The notes under the pieces: generated by a model
Database searches by the model: none
Seen by the model: the letters and a program-made list of their open reading frames with translations, nothing else
Told to the model about the DNA's origin: nothing
Shown here: one piece after another, positions 35,319 through 50,000 of the stretch
Numbering within the stretch: position 1 is the first letter of the stretch
Layout of the letters: each line of letters starts with the position of its first letter
Program-made: the position numbers and the translations under genes
Source of the DNA: Nitrospirales bacterium
GTDB lineage: Bacteria; Nitrospirota; Nitrospiria; Nitrospirales; UBA8639
Direction of reading: 5' to 3'
Length of the DNA: 64,000 nt
Assembly (NCBI GenBank): GCA_965203295.1
Contig: CBDBCZ010000018.1
Span: 2,400,001-2,464,000, forward strand

Positions 35319-38127
35319 CACTCTTAGAAATGAAGTGGTGACAGCACACCTATTTAGGTGTGCTGGAGCGGTGTCACACAGCACACCTGTTTTTAGTGTG
35401 CTTGGTACACCGTTATTAAAGGTGTGTTAAGTACACCAAAGTGAGTGTGGCAATCACACTTCCTTTGGTGTGCTCTGCACACTTATAGGTAACAAAGTGT
35501 GCCATGCACTCCTATAATTACAGCATGAAGTGTGCTTTGCACTCCAAATTCTAGAATAACAAGTGTGCTGTACACTCTCATAATTACAAAGAGGTGTGCC
35601 TTGCACCCTGACTTTTGGAGTGTGTTGTACACTCCCATAATGAAAGGGGAGTGTTCCTTGCACTCCCATGATAATAAAACACTCACAAGTAGCCATTGTG
35701 GAATAAAAATTTAATTAGTGACAGCAAAATTGTACAATACAGCATATAGTAGTAAATATATTAATGTTCAGGTAATAAAATACAAAAAGCAGTTTGTGAG
35801 ACTGCAATGCATTCTGTACTTGCGCTTGTACGATTGAAGTTCCTTCTGCCACAGCATGGCTTGTGAGAGTGCCTTCAACCACCAGCAGTGCATGGTTATG
35901 GCTGCTGTAACTCAGCAGCATCTACTTAGGGATCACAAGTTTCCTGCATAGAAGAGGATGTAGAATGTATGCACATAACAGCATGCAGACTTAGCACACA
36001 GTGTGATATGTATGTATGGACAAAATACTTACCGCATAAAGTCTACCACATTGTTGAACGTGGTCACACAGCATTGAGTGCAAAGTACTGCAAGGGTGAG
36101 AGTAAGTGAACATTCAATAACCCCTGTTCAGTACAATTTGGTGAAGCTCACACACTCCCAATTAGGTGAGATAAAGTCTGCTCAAAACCATAGCTGTCTA
36201 TGTATGTCAAAACCAGTCCTACGTGTACCTCCATAATAAACAGGATTAGTACAGTTTAATCCTCCCCAGAGAAGCTAGCTATTGTAAGCTAGCTAGATTA
36301 TGTATAACCAACACAGTTAGGGGAGAGAGGCCATAGCTCTTCTTTTCCAGTTCTTCCATCTTGGTATAGTTACTGCAAACAGCTTTCCTTGCTGACCTGT
36401 ATATGGAACAAATGTTTTATAGTACTTTGCTTTGCAGTTACTGTACATAAAACAAGCTATCACACTGTGTGCTAAGTCTGCAAGCTAACTCAGTTTCACT
36501 TACTTTTAGTAGGTAATCTTGGTTGGTGATGGCTCAAACTCTTGTGTGAAAGCTCTTGGAACAATTCCAGCAGGACTTGTCATTGCTAAGCAATACTAAC
36601 TATAACTTAACTGTAGCTAGCTATGAGTGGTAGCAGTAACTGTGACAATTTTTGAAAAATTCACACCAGACTACATTCCAACTACAGGTGACAATAGCAC
36701 GTGTGCATTCTCTTTTAATGATTTTTAATCAACATTACATCATACAATACTGTACTTTGCCATCTCTTACGTAAGTACTGCAGGCTTCCCTTGCAGGACC
36801 TCAAGAAATTTCCAGTACGGATGCATGACTCGCCCTTGACTTAGCTGTTGTACTAATGGTTGTGGGCGAGAGTGGGTGAATACTTAATAGCATGCAATTT
36901 TGTTACCACATTTAAGTTAACCCCTGAAATCTATACTAATTAAAAAGCAGTTCACTAGCGTATAGTCCTACCTCCACCCCAATAACATGGGCAAGTGTTT
37001 CCCTGAATGCTAATGGTTGAGAGTGAGAGTGGGCGCACTTTCCATAACTCCTTTTCGGTACAGCTTCGATGAACAGTCAATAACTCCTTTTCGGTACGAT
37101 TTCGTTAGCTTTTAGAAGGTCACACCCCCCTGATAGGTGGAAGTCAACTCAAAACCAGTTCACTAGTCCTACCTCCATCCCAATAAACAGAAGAAGTAGT
37201 TCAACTCTCCCCTGAATGCTGTTGTAATGACAGTTGTGGGTTAGAGTTGGTATATAACTCTTTTTCGTAAGCTTACTGAAGGTCACACACCCCTGTTAGG
37301 TGGAAGTCAACTCAAAACCAGTTCACTAGTCCTACCTCCATACCAATAAACAGGAGAAGTTGTTCAACCCTCCCCTGAATGCTGTTGTAGTCATGAAACA
37401 CACAGCCCCTTACTAGGTTAAAAATTGGTGGTTTTATATACCTTCATATCCCATCAAACAGGACTGAGAGCTTGAACCTAAATTGTGCATCCTCCCTTTG
37501 TGATGTGGTAGAATCATTGCCTAATTATGTCTCCTCTCTTGTATAGTTTGCATGTGTAAAGTGTAGGATCTAGAGATTCCGTGACTAATGGTGACAGCTA
37601 GTAGATTAAATGTTCACCTGAACCCCACCCACAAACGTTTACATTTAGCCCCACCCACTTTTTGTGTATGTACAATCATGTATACAACCAACCTATAGGA
37701 TGTCTTCTGCGAGTGCTGCATCAAATGTTGAGGTTGACGGATACATCACAGCCTTGATCAATGTTTTTGAGATAATCTTATGACCTGGTAGGCGTGTACT
37801 ATTGATGTGAGGGTGGAGCTGCTCTGATGAGGTGTGCTGATCACACCTCAGTCAGGTGCAGTGTGCTCAACCCACCATAAGTGTAAAAGTGTGTTTAGCA
37901 CACCTGTTTTCATAATTGGTGTGCTCTGCACCCTTCCTTACAGCACACCTCTTAAAATTAGTGTGCTATGACCACTTGTAAAAACACAAGTGGTGTGCAG
38001 TACACACTGGATTACAATGATAGTGTGCCCTGCACACTTCTCTTCACAGCACACCAGTGGTGTGCTGAGAAACTGGTGTGCTAGTACCACTCAAAGGTGT
38101 GCTACCGCCACCTCATTTCTAAGAGTG
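35319..38127. mobile_element. 2.8-kb non-autonomous CACTA/EnSpm-like DNA transposon
   Basis: TA|cactcttagaaatgaagtggtgacagcacacct ... aggtgtgctaccgccacctcatttctaagagtg|TA. Dense subterminal gcacac/gtgtgc repeats at both ends; internal ~166-bp triplication at ~36950-37390. Confidence 0.8.
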
Positions 38128-39404
38128 TATAGACACGCCATGGTTAAAGTTGAAAGAGGGCTGGTTCAAGCAGGTTCTGAGAAGATGAAGTACCCTGTGA
38201 GCATCAAAACTTGAATGCATCTCAGACTGATATATACCCACAGTTCAACTTCTCACAATTTGCCCTAACCCATATGATTGTACTTGATGATCCACAGGAT
38301 AGTCTCAATGTGGTTCACATCCAATATATGAACGTGAGCATTTATCTGACAGTCATGTAATAGTTTAGCTAGCTAACCCGAACTGGTACCCACCTAGGAT
38401 CGCTCTATGGCATGCAATTACACAGCAATCTCCTGGCACTAGATCATACATGACGTACCTGGCTGCAGTACACCAGTCGTTAAAACACAGGCAACTGTAC
38501 AGCCAACAAAGCACACTGGAAGTGTGTAGGACTACCTAAACCCACTTCTCCCGTCGAGATACTGCAGGAAATCTCATAGACTGTAGTAGGTGGGGATAGC
38601 TAGCCTCGTTCCCAGGCCTCCGCACAGCTTTTGTTGCCAAAGAGTGACGTGTACTTTTTATGCATGGAGTTGTAAGTTAGCAGTACATGTATAGGCTACA
38701 ATTTACTGCATGTAGCTAGCAGTGTATTTTTTCTTGTATACATGTAGGTAGTTCTGGAAACCTATACATGGTATATGAAGGTCTTCAGTGCTAAATGGGA
38801 GGGCTAGAATCTGATTAGCATTAGGAGAAATTTCTTTAATGCTGCAGTATCTTATCTCCCTCTCTCTCTCTCCCTCTCTTGTGTAGACTGCATGAGTATG
38901 TGATGGATGATAAGTTGAATGACAAGAGCTTGCCACTGACCAAGTAAGATATATTATATTACTTTAATGATCATGCTATTTGCATGCAATCACCATTATG
39001 TATCTCAAATTTTATAGGTTATGTCCTGGTACGATGGCCAGGAATGATACGAGCTTTTGATGGCAAGACATCCATGGCATGATCCGTTACAATCAAGACT
39101 GTAGTACTCTCTATAAAATACTATACTCCATTTGCTTGCTATAATATACATGTTCAGTATTGAATATTACCGTCGAACAGAGGTTGCATGCTGCTTATCT
39201 AACCAGTTTTAAATTACCACATGCTAGCTCACAGATGCCATGATTAGCCCTTGAATGCAGGACTTATTCATGGCTTGCTGACTTACATTTATATCAGCTA
39301 TACATTAAGAATTGGCTGGGCCTTTAGCATAGATCAATCCCAGGTAATGAGCCCAACCTTTTCCCAGAGAATACAGGGCCTTCCGTACGTAGCTGCCGTG
39401 CGCT

Positions 39405-39500
39405 CATACCCGCGGCGGTACCAGCCCTTGCCCGCGGCGGTACCCGCCCATGCCCCGGCTGCGGTACCCGCCCATGCCTGCTGTGCCCGCGGCGGGTGAA
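39405..39500. repeat. GC-rich ~24-bp tandem repeat
   Basis: gcggtacccgcccatgcc repeated about 3 times. Confidence 0.65.
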
Positions 39501-40029
39501 CCTTCTCGGCCACCGTACAAAACAGCAAGGGTTTATTTGGGGAGGGTGCATGTGAAACATTCCCGCTCTCCCTCACCGCTGGAATAACTTACAGCGCTCA
39601 TTGTGCACGACATCGCCTGCCTTTCAGTTTTCATGATGACGCGCATCATTGCTATTTATAGTAAATAGCCTATAATGACTACCGTAATATAGCTTACGTA
39701 TAATGACTACTTCACGGACCATAGTCGTGTGCATGCTAAATCAATGGATCCGTTGGTCCGGTCCGTCGCCGTCCGGTCCACACATCTAACGCTCCGGAAA
39801 ATGACGCCATCAAGAGGCGGGGCTCGATTTGCAGCGTAGCTAATTGGCTTGATTTGCATAGTTTTCTGTGTATTTCGTTGCCCTAAAGAAGCCAACGCAG
39901 TTGGTGGAAACGTTGGCAAAAGGAAAGTTTTTAGTTCATCAATGGCCGGAGAAGTAGAATAATTCGTAATTCACGGATAGCCAGCCAACCAAGAGACCTT
40001 CAATCGGTGACATAGTGCTTCCTCCTCTC

Positions 40030-40890
40030 AGGAGCTATTTTGGCAACAGCAAAAGGCAGCAGTATCGAGGGGTGATTCCCAGGGCATGCGCTGGCACCCT
40101 CTCATGTTTAGATGGCACTTGTACATCCATCATCGTTCCGTAAGGGTACTTTAATGATACAGTTGGCAGTATTGTCTTTTCTTAATATTATCTGTCCATA
40201 TGTGAATCAGGGGTGTTGAAACTCCCATCACAATACACCTTGCATGACTACATGCATTTATGCCATTGCAAGTCCTGAGAAAGTCAACAACATGCCGGTT
40301 GAAGCTGCTGAGGTGAAGGGCTGTCCCGAGCGCATCAAGTATGCTTAGCTGATTCTAGATGAGATGCATGTACGCGAATACCTTGTTTATTACAAACACA
40401 CTGGTGAACTTATTGGTTTCACCAACCTTGGCGACAACAATGATCACCTGGGTACATACGAAATGGCTCTCAGTGGTGGTGTGCAACCACTGTCCTTGGC
40501 GATATCTGTGATAGTTTTCATGTTGTTGGGACTGTTCAACATGTTTTAGGTCCCCTGTCCTTAGATCCCATGCAGTACTCTGACAGGAGAGAAGCTGTAC
40601 ACTCCATTCTGGGATGCTGTGGGCAGAATTGAAAGTCGTGGCCTGAAGGTTAGTACATTAACGCATATTTGCATATATATAGCAGTTCACAGTTTATGCT
40701 TATCTATTTAGGTATTAGGAGCTACTTTAGATGGCAACTCTGTGAATCGTGTGCTCATGAAGTTGCATAGTGCTGGATCTGAAATGGTGCACAACGTACC
40801 AAACCCTTTTACCTCGAAAGATAGGCAGCTATTCTGCTTCTCAGACCCTCCTCATCTTATGAAGACTTCCAGGAATGGCTTGACCTTTAG
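40030..40890 (+). pseudogene. P-element/THAP9-like transposase pseudogene with introns
   Basis: ELFWQQQK...GMRWHPLMFRW; GVLKLPS..TLHDY; LILDEMHVREYLVYYKHTGELIGFTNLGD; FWDAVGRIESRGLK, intron 40649-40711, then VLGATLDGNSVNR; FSDPPHLMKTSRN. In-frame stops; 3' part missing. Confidence 0.85.
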
Positions 40891-41299
40891 CCAGCAAGAA
40901 GTCACTCTGGGTATGTATGTGGACCGTAGTGAATAGCCTTGTTCGGCTGGGGAATATGCTACATAGTGCATAGCAATACCCGATGCAGTGAGAAGAGCAT
41001 CTCGTGGCACCACAAAAGTGCTCTTCGTGAGGAATACAGGAGATCCTCTGACGTACCTTTGACTCAAAGAGGGGGATAGGCGAATAATACATCATGGGAG
41101 GATAATACGTAGTTTACGATAATATCTCTACCCTCTACAGGTGGCCTGATCATGAAGGTACGTGACGAGAGGTGTCTGCATTAGGAGGCGCTTTGGCCAG
41201 ATTATATGGAGTTGGGTCTGCTACATTTCTAGATCCGTGCATACAAATATTCTTGTGTGCAAGCCCTCTAATTAGAATGCTGCTTCCAGCAAGAGAAGC

Positions 41300-41986
41300 A
41301 GTATATACACAGGTGTACAGAGGTATACCAGGGTATACCCGTGTATACCTGTGTATACTTGTGTACACCAGTGTATACCTACGTATACCTGTGTGTACCC
41401 ATTTATACTTGTGTATACCTGTGCGTGCTTGTGTATACCCGTCTGTACCTGTGTATACTCGTGTATACCACAGTATACCTGTGTATAATTGTGTAGTTTT
41501 ATGTTTACCCATTTATGCCCGTGCATACCCGGGTATACCTGTATACCTGTGTATTCTTGTGTATACCAGTGTTTGTCCGTGTACTATGTATACTTGTGTA
41601 TACCCGTGTATACTTGTGTATACCCATGTTTACCTGTGTATACTCCTGTGTATACATGTGTATACCCATGTAAACTTGTGTATACTTGTGTATACTTGTG
41701 TATACTTCTTTATAATTGTGTATACCAGTGTATACATGATGCATACGTGTTGATACCCGTGTATACTTGTGTTTAACTGTGTTTACTCGTGCATAGTACC
41801 TGTGTATACATGTGCATACGTGTTTATACCAACGTATTCTTATGTATACCGGTGTTTACCCGTGTATACAAATGTAGATACCGTGTATACCTGTGTTTAC
41901 TTGTGTATACCTATGTATACATGTGCATACATGTGTATACCAGTGTATACTTGTGCATAGCTGTGTTTACTCGTGTATACAAAATG
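41300..41986. repeat. GTGTATAC-type satellite, left part of the main array
   Basis: 10-bp tgtgtatac(c/t) periodicity. Confidence 0.9.
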
Positions 41987-44053
41987 CAAGTACATATTAC
42001 TTAGACTTCCACTTCTAGGGTTTATGGCAAATACATGAGGTCAGTATTCACCGAGGAAGGTTATCAGTACTGACCGAGTGTTTTGCCATAAACCCATGTT
42101 TGTGGCAGTCTAAATGGTTTGTATCCCATAGGTAGCCTAGCAACCGGATGCACAAGTCGTCACAGTTTCTTAGTGTATCTATGCAGCAATCCTATTCAAT
42201 AAGTAGGACATCAAGTTTGCTATGCGTATTCAATGCAACACGAATGCGATTTGGTTGCCTGCCAGTTTGAATCGCTATTAGCAAACTGTAGCTAACTATG
42301 TCATGGGCTATACCTAGCGAATTTTATCTCGGTTTAGACTTTTGTTGTTGCAAGAATTTTGGTGATAAGGCTTCAGATTACACGCCAATGCGTGCTGCTA
42401 CAGTCAGTGGCCCGAGTATGATGATCGATCGGATTATATGGCCGACTTTTTACCCACAAAGAAGCAACCCAAGTTAGCTGAGAAAGAGAATCAGCACACA
42501 AGCGAGGGTTCTGTGAAGCTACGTGGCTAAGTGAGTTTGTCGCTTATAGAAAGTGAAGGGTAAGAAGAAAGTCAAAAATCGTTTCGGCGATACATCATGT
42601 GGAAAAGCTTACCAATTAATCAAAGGGATATGTACCTCAGTACACAGAAGATCACGCAGTGGGCCATGCGAGCAGTGGCAAGTAGCTAGATGTGTTCGGA
42701 GAAATCCCGTTCTCGATAAACTACTTCAAACACCCTGTGATATTGGTACACTTTTACACAGGTTATCCCTTTTTGTAAGTGAGGTCAGAAAGGCTGACGG
42801 TTCTTTGTATGCACCGAAGAGCTATTATCAGCTTTTGTGTGGTATTTTGCGTTACATGAAGCAGCAAGACCCATTTACCCCAAACTTTCTCGAGGGCAAG
42901 GATGGCTGCTTTAGCGAGCTTCACAGCACATGTGAGTCTGTGTTCTGGCAGCTGTGAGAGAAGGGTGTTGGAGCTGATTAGCCCTAACAAAACTGCTTCT
43001 ACTTCCAAGGAAGAAGAAAACATGCTTTGGGATAAAAAGATTCTCGGCACTTCAAATCCACTGATGTTGCAAAGAGCTGTGTTTTTTTTCTGTCGGGAAG
43101 GTGTTTTGTTTACGGGGAGGTGAAGACCAGCGCGAATTAAAGCCTAGCCAGTTGATTTGTAAGAGCAACCCCGATTGGTACGTCTACGTGGAAACAGGAA
43201 GTAACAATCAAACTGGTGGTTTGAAGCAGCTAGACGCTGAGAATAAAGTTGTCCATGTTTATGCTTCACCAGCTGATGGGGAGCGGTGCTTGGTTTACCT
43301 TCTTTATTTCTACCTTAATAATTACCGCCAATTGCGCTTGAAAAAGATATTCTGTATATGCAACCAAAGAATCAGGTTCCTTATGATCCAGCACCATCAT
43401 GATATAATTGTTAGCCAGTTGGAAAGCACAAGTTGAATGGTATGGTTGTAGCAATGTTTGAAGGAGCGTAAAACAAACCACTTGTTACGAGTAACTGGAG
43501 CTACTGCATTGTACACTGGGGAGGTTCCAGAAAGGGAAATACAGCAGAGAACAGGGCATAGATCACTGGAAGCCCTCAGCAAATATGAACGTACCAGTGA
43601 GCAACAGCAATAGGCTATTTCACACATGCTCGTTTGCCTGCAGAGTAGTCATACCATGATAGTCTTGTACCTGCTCAGTCTAGGCCATTATCAAAAGTTC
43701 ATTAGTCATCAGTTAAGTCACAAACCCATGTATCATCGCATGTATGTGTACCACCAAATTTCAACCTTCACAGCTTGTTTTTGGCATCTATTGGTGGAAC
43801 AATCAATATTTGCCCACAGGGTAACCTAGTTACAAATGTTGTAAACACCCCTTCATACTTTCCTTCATCTATGTATGAGGATTGTGAAGAGGTTGACCAC
43901 CTTGTACAAGATGCTTGATTTGATTGAGTGTTTATATCTTGTGAACTTTTGCACTTGCATGGCATGTGGTTTATCTAGATAAACCCTAGACAGCTGGGGT
44001 TTGTAGTATACATGTGCATGCGACACTTTTGAACCGCCCACGCAGTGGGATAC
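41987..44053 (+). mobile_element. Crypton-type tyrosine-recombinase transposon (~2.07 kb) inserted in satellite
   Basis: Unique block between satellite halves, with a left palindrome (42001-42113) and gtatccca (~42121) inverted to tgggatac (~44046). No TSD evident; boundaries approximate. Confidence 0.75.
42570..43630 (+). pseudogene. DUF3504/Crypton tyrosine recombinase (ZMYM/QRICH1/KCTD1-related domain), frameshifted
   Basis: LSLFVSEVRKADGSLYAPKSYYQLLCGILRYM; EEENMLW...LQRAVFF; FCLRGGEDQRELK; YVETGSNN; KTNHLLRVTGATALY...IQQRTGHRSLEALSKYER, giving the R...HxxR...H...Y catalytic set. Confidence 0.88.
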
Positions 44054-47000
44054 TACCGTGTATACTCTTCATACCTGTGTATATATGTATACTTGAGTAT
44101 ACCTGTGTATACATGTGCATACGTGTGTATGCCTGCGTATACTTGTGTATACCTGTGTTTACTTGTGCATACGTGTGTATACCTGCATATACTTGTGCGT
44201 ACCTGTGTTTACTCACGTACACAAATGTAGATACCTATGTATATCTCTTTATACCTGTGTGTACTTGTGTATGCTTGGGTATACATGTTCATACGTGTGT
44301 ATACCTACGTGTACTTGTGTGTACCTGTATTTACTCGTGTATACAAATGTATATACCTGTGTATACTTCCTTATACCTGTGTATACTTCCTTATACCTGT
44401 GTATACTTGTGCATACCTGTGTTTACGTGTGCATATGTCTGTATACCAACATTTCCTTGTGTATACCTGTGTTTACTCATGTTTACAAATGTAGATGCCG
44501 GTGTGTATCTCTTTAAACCAGTATACTTGTATACTTGTGTATACCTCTGTATACATCGGCACACGTGTGTATGCCCGCGTATGCTTGTGTATACCAGTGT
44601 TTACTCATGTATACAAATGAAGATACCCGTGTATCCCGGTTTACTTATGTATACCTGTATATACATGTTTATGCATGTGTATACCCACGTATACTTGTGT
44701 GTACTGGTGTTTACTCGTGTATACAAGTGTAGATACCCGTGTATACCTCCTTATACCTCTGTATACTTGTATATACCTGTGTATACATGTGCATACGTGT
44801 GTATACCTGCGTATACTGGGGTATACCTGTATTTACTCGAGAATACAAATGTTGATACCAGTGTATACTGGTTTATACCTGAGTATACATGTGTATACCT
44901 GTGTATACATATGTATACGTGTGTATAACCGCGTATACTTGTGCATGCCTGTGTTTAATCGTGTATACAAATGTAGATACCCATGCATACATCTTTATAC
45001 TTGTGTATACTTGTTTGTGCCTGTGTATACATGTGCATATTGTGTATTCCCCGCATATACTTGTGTATGCCTGTGTTTACTCGAGTATACAAATGTAGAT
45101 ATCCGTGAATACTTCTTTATGCCTTTGCATACTTCTGTATACCTGTGTATACATGTGTGTACTTGTGTTTACTTGTGTAAACACGTGTATACTTGTGTAT
45201 ACCTGTGCATACATGTGTATAGACGTGTAAACGTATGTAAACTTGTGTATACTTGTGTATACCCATGTAATCTTGTTTATACTTGTGTATAGCTGGTTTA
45301 TACCTGTATGAGCCTTTGTATACTTGTGCATACTTGTGTATTTCAGCGTATAATTGTGTATACACGTGTATTCTCGTATATACCCATGTATACTTCTGTT
45401 AACCTGTGTATACTTGTGCATATTTGTGTATACCCGGGTTTGCTGATGTAGGCACACCTGTGTATACTTGTCTATATTTGTGTATACCCTTGTTTATTGG
45501 TGTATGCATAACTGTGTATACTTGTGTATACACATGTATAATTGTGTATACCTGTGTAAAGCCGTGTTTAATGGTGAATTTTACCTGTGTATAGTTGTTT
45601 AACCGTGTATACTTTTTTATTCTCGTGTATACACCTGTATTCCTGTGTATGCTTGTGTATACCCGTGTATATACTTAATTAGTCATTTTTACTTGTGTAT
45701 ACTTGAGTAAACACGTGTACTTGTGTATACTGCCTTCTCTTTTATTCTTTCAGGAGATGGTAGTTCATGACTGGCCCATTTTTATGGCTCGCTGGCATCA
45801 CCAGAAGGGCCATACACTCAGTGATGTGTATGTTATGAATTTGGAACACTAGCATCCAAAGTATCAGGATAACAGCTCATATCTGGGGATAAAAGTATGT
45901 TAACAGAGGATAGGTAATGTAGATACCCTTGTATATATCTTTATACCGGTTCATATAGCGTATACCTGTTTATACATTTGCATACGTGTGTAAACCCGCG
46001 TATATTTCAGAATACCTGCGATTACTCTGGTATATAAATGTATATACTGTATACCCGTGTATACTTGTGTATACGAGTGCATACGTGTGTATACCCGTGT
46101 ACACTTGAGTATACTAGTGTATACAAATGCAAATACCCATTTATGCCTCTTTATACCTTTGTATACTTGTGTATGCCTTGTATACATGCGCACACGTGTG
46201 TATACCTGTTTTAACTTGTGTATACCTGTTTACTAGTGTATAAAACTGTAAATACCGTGTATGTTTTTGTATACCTGTGTATACATGTGCATACGTGTGC
46301 ATACCCGCGTATATTTGTGTTTGCCTGTTTATTCGTGTATACAAAATGTAGATACACATGTGTACTCTTTTTATGTCTGTGTATACTTGTATATACCAGT
46401 GTATACATGAGTATACGCGTGTATATCCTTGTGTATTCTTGTGTGTTCATGTGGATGTGTGTTTATACTCGCGTATACTTGTGCATACCTGTTTAAACTT
46501 TATACACATGTAGATACCCGTGTAAGCCTGTCTGTACCTGCGTATACCTGTGTATACATGTAAATACGCACGTATACTTGTGTATACCTGTTTATGAGAC
46601 TGTACCTGTTTATACACACTTACGCTTATGTATACCCGGTTTTACTCGTGTATAGTTGTGTATACCTATTTGTATATCTCTGTATACCTGTCTTTTCTTG
46701 TGTACACTTGTGTATAGCCGTGTATACCAGTAAATGCTTATTTACCTGTGTATGGTTGTGTCTACCACGGTATACTTGTGTATACACGTGTATGCTTTTG
46801 TATACAAATGTAGATACCCGAGAATACCTCTTTATACTTGTGTATACTTGTGTATACCTGTGTTTACTTGTGTATACAAATGTAAATACCCGTATATACC
46901 CTATTTATACCTATGTATACTTGTGCATACCTGTGTATACATTTCCACTCGAGCGTATACCCACGTATACTTTTGTATACCTGTGTTAACTCGTATATAC

Positions 47001-50000
47001 AAATTTAGGTACCCGTGTATACCTCTTTATACTTGTGTATAATTGTTTGTGCTAGTGTATACATGTACATATTGTGTATACCTGCGTATACCCACGTATA
47101 CTTTTGTATACCTGTGTTAACTCGTATATACAAATTTAGGTACCCGTGTATACCTCTTTATACTTGCGTATATCTTTTGTGCCTGTGTATACATGTACAT
47201 ATTGTGTATACCTGCGTATACTTGTGTATGCCTGTGTTAACTCGAGTATACAAATGTAGATATCCGTGAATTCTTCTTTATGCCTTTGCATACTTCTGTA
47301 TACCTGTGTATACATGTGTGTACTTGTGTTTACTTGTGTAAACACGTGTATACTTGTGTATACCTGTGCATACATGTGTATAGACGTGTAAACGTATGTA
47401 AACTTGTGTATACTTGTGTATACCCGTGTAATCTTGTTTATACTTGTGTATAGCTGGTTTATACCTGTATGAGCCTTTGTATACTTGTGCATACTTGTGT
47501 ATTTCAGCGTATAATTGTGTATACACGTGTATTCTCGTATATACCCATGTATACTTCTGTTAACCTGTGTATACTTGTGCATATTTGTGTATACCCGGGT
47601 TTGCTGATGTAGGCATACCTGTGTATACTTGTCTATATTTGTGTATACCCTTGTTTATTGGTGTATGCATAACTGTGTATACTTGTGTATACACATGTAT
47701 AATTGTGTATACCTGTGTAAAGCCGTGTTTAATGGTGAATTTTACCTGTGTATAGTTGTTTACCCGTGTATACTTTTGTATTCTCGTGTATACACCTGTA
47801 TTCCTGTGTATGCTTGTGTATACCCGTGTATATACTTAATTAGTCATTTTTACTTGTGTATACTTGAGTAAACACGTGTACTTGTGTATACTGCCTTCTC
47901 TTTTATTCTTTCAGGAGATGGTAGTTCATGACTGGCCCATTTTTATGGCTCGCTGGCATCACCAGAAGGGCCATACACTCAGTGATGTGTATGTTATGAA
48001 TTTGGAACACTAGCATCCAAAGTATCAAGATAACAGCTCATATCTGGGGATAAAAGTATGTTAACAGAGGATAGGTAATGTAGATACGCTTGTATATATC
48101 TTTATACCGGTTCATATAGTGTATACCTGTTTATACATTTGCATACGTGTGTACCCGCGTATATTTCAAAATACCTGCGATTACTCTGGTATATAAATGT
48201 ATATACTGTATACCTGTGTATACTTGTGTATACCTGTGTATACTTGTGTATACGAGTGCATACGTATGTATACCCGTGTATACTTGAGTATACTAGTGTA
48301 TACAAATGCAAATACCCATTTATGCCTCTTTATACCTTTGTATACTTGTAATCCTTGTATACATGCGCACACGTGTGTATACCTGTTTTAACTTGTGTAT
48401 ACCTGTTTACTAGTGTATAAAACTGTAAATACCGTGTATGTTTTTGTATACCTGTGTATACATGTGCATACGTGTGTATACCCGCGTATATTTGTGTTTG
48501 CCTGTTTACTCGTGTATACAAAATGTAGATACACATGTGTACTCTTTTTATGTCTGTGTATACTTGTATATACCAGTGTATACATGAGTATACGCGTGTA
48601 TATCCTTGTGTATTCTTGTATGTTCATGTGGATGTGTTCATACTCGCGTATACTTGTGCATACCTGTTTAAACTTTTATACACATGTAGTTACCCGTGTA
48701 AGCCTGTCTGTACCTGTGTATACCTGTGTATACATGTAAATACGCACGTATACTTGTGTATACCTGTTTATGACACTGTACCTGTTTATACACACTTACG
48801 CTTATGTATACCCCGTTTTACTCGTGTATAGTTGTGTATACCTATTTGTATACCTCTGTATACCGGTCTATTCTTGTCTACACTTGTGTATAGCCGTATA
48901 TACCAGTAAATTCTTATTTACGTGTGTATGGTTGTGTCTACCACGGTATACTTGTGTATATACGTGTATGCTTTTGTATACAAATGTAGATACCAGAGTA
49001 TACCTCTCTGTACTTGTGTATACTTGTGTATACCTGTGTTTACTTGTGTATACAAATGTAGATACCCGTATATACCCTATTTATACCTGTGTGTACTTGT
49101 GCATACCTGTGTATACATCCGCACTCGAGCGTATACCCACGTATACTTGTGTATACCTGTATTATCTCGTGTATACAAATTTAGGTACCCGTGTGTACCT
49201 CTTTATACTTGCGTATACTTGTTTGTGCCTTTGTATACATGTGCATATTGTGTATACCTGCGTATACTTGTGGATGCCTGTTTACTCGAGTATACAAGTG
49301 TAGATATCCATGAATACCTCTTTATGCCTTTGTAAACTTCCGTATACCGGTGTATACATGTGTGTACTTGTGTTTACATGTATAAACACGTGTAAACACG
49401 TGTATACTTGTGTATACTCGTGTATACCTGTGCATACATGTGTATAGACGTGTAAACTTGTGTAAACTTGTGTATACTTGTGTATACCCGTGTAACGTTG
49501 TGTATACTTGTGTGTACCTGGTTTAAACCTGTATGACCCTTTGTATACCTGTGCATGTGTATTTCAGCATATAATTGTGTATACTCGTGTATGCTCGTAT
49601 ATACACATGTATACTTCTTTTAACCTGTGTATACTTGTGCACATTTGTGTATACCCGTATTTGCTGATGTAGGCATACCTGTGTATACTTGTCTATATTT
49701 GTGTATACCCTTGTTTATTGGTGTATGCATAACTGTGCATACTTGTGTATACACATGTATAATTGTGTATACTTGTGTAAAGCCCGGTTTAATGGTGAAT
49801 TTTATCTGTGTATAGTTGTTTACCCGTGTATACTTTTGTATTCCCGTGTATACACCTGTATTCCTGTGTATGCTTGTGTATACCCGTGTATATACTTAAT
49901 TAGTCATTTTTACTTGTGTATACTTGAGTAAACACGTGTACTTGTGTATACTGCCTTCTCTTTTATTCTTTCAGGAGATGGTAGTTCATGACTGGCCCAT

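Noticed and set aside
34895..38214. Kinase-like fragments (SGAFKQV near 34980; KYPVSIKT near 38200)
   Set aside because: They are too short and degenerate, and no HRD or DFG motif was found.
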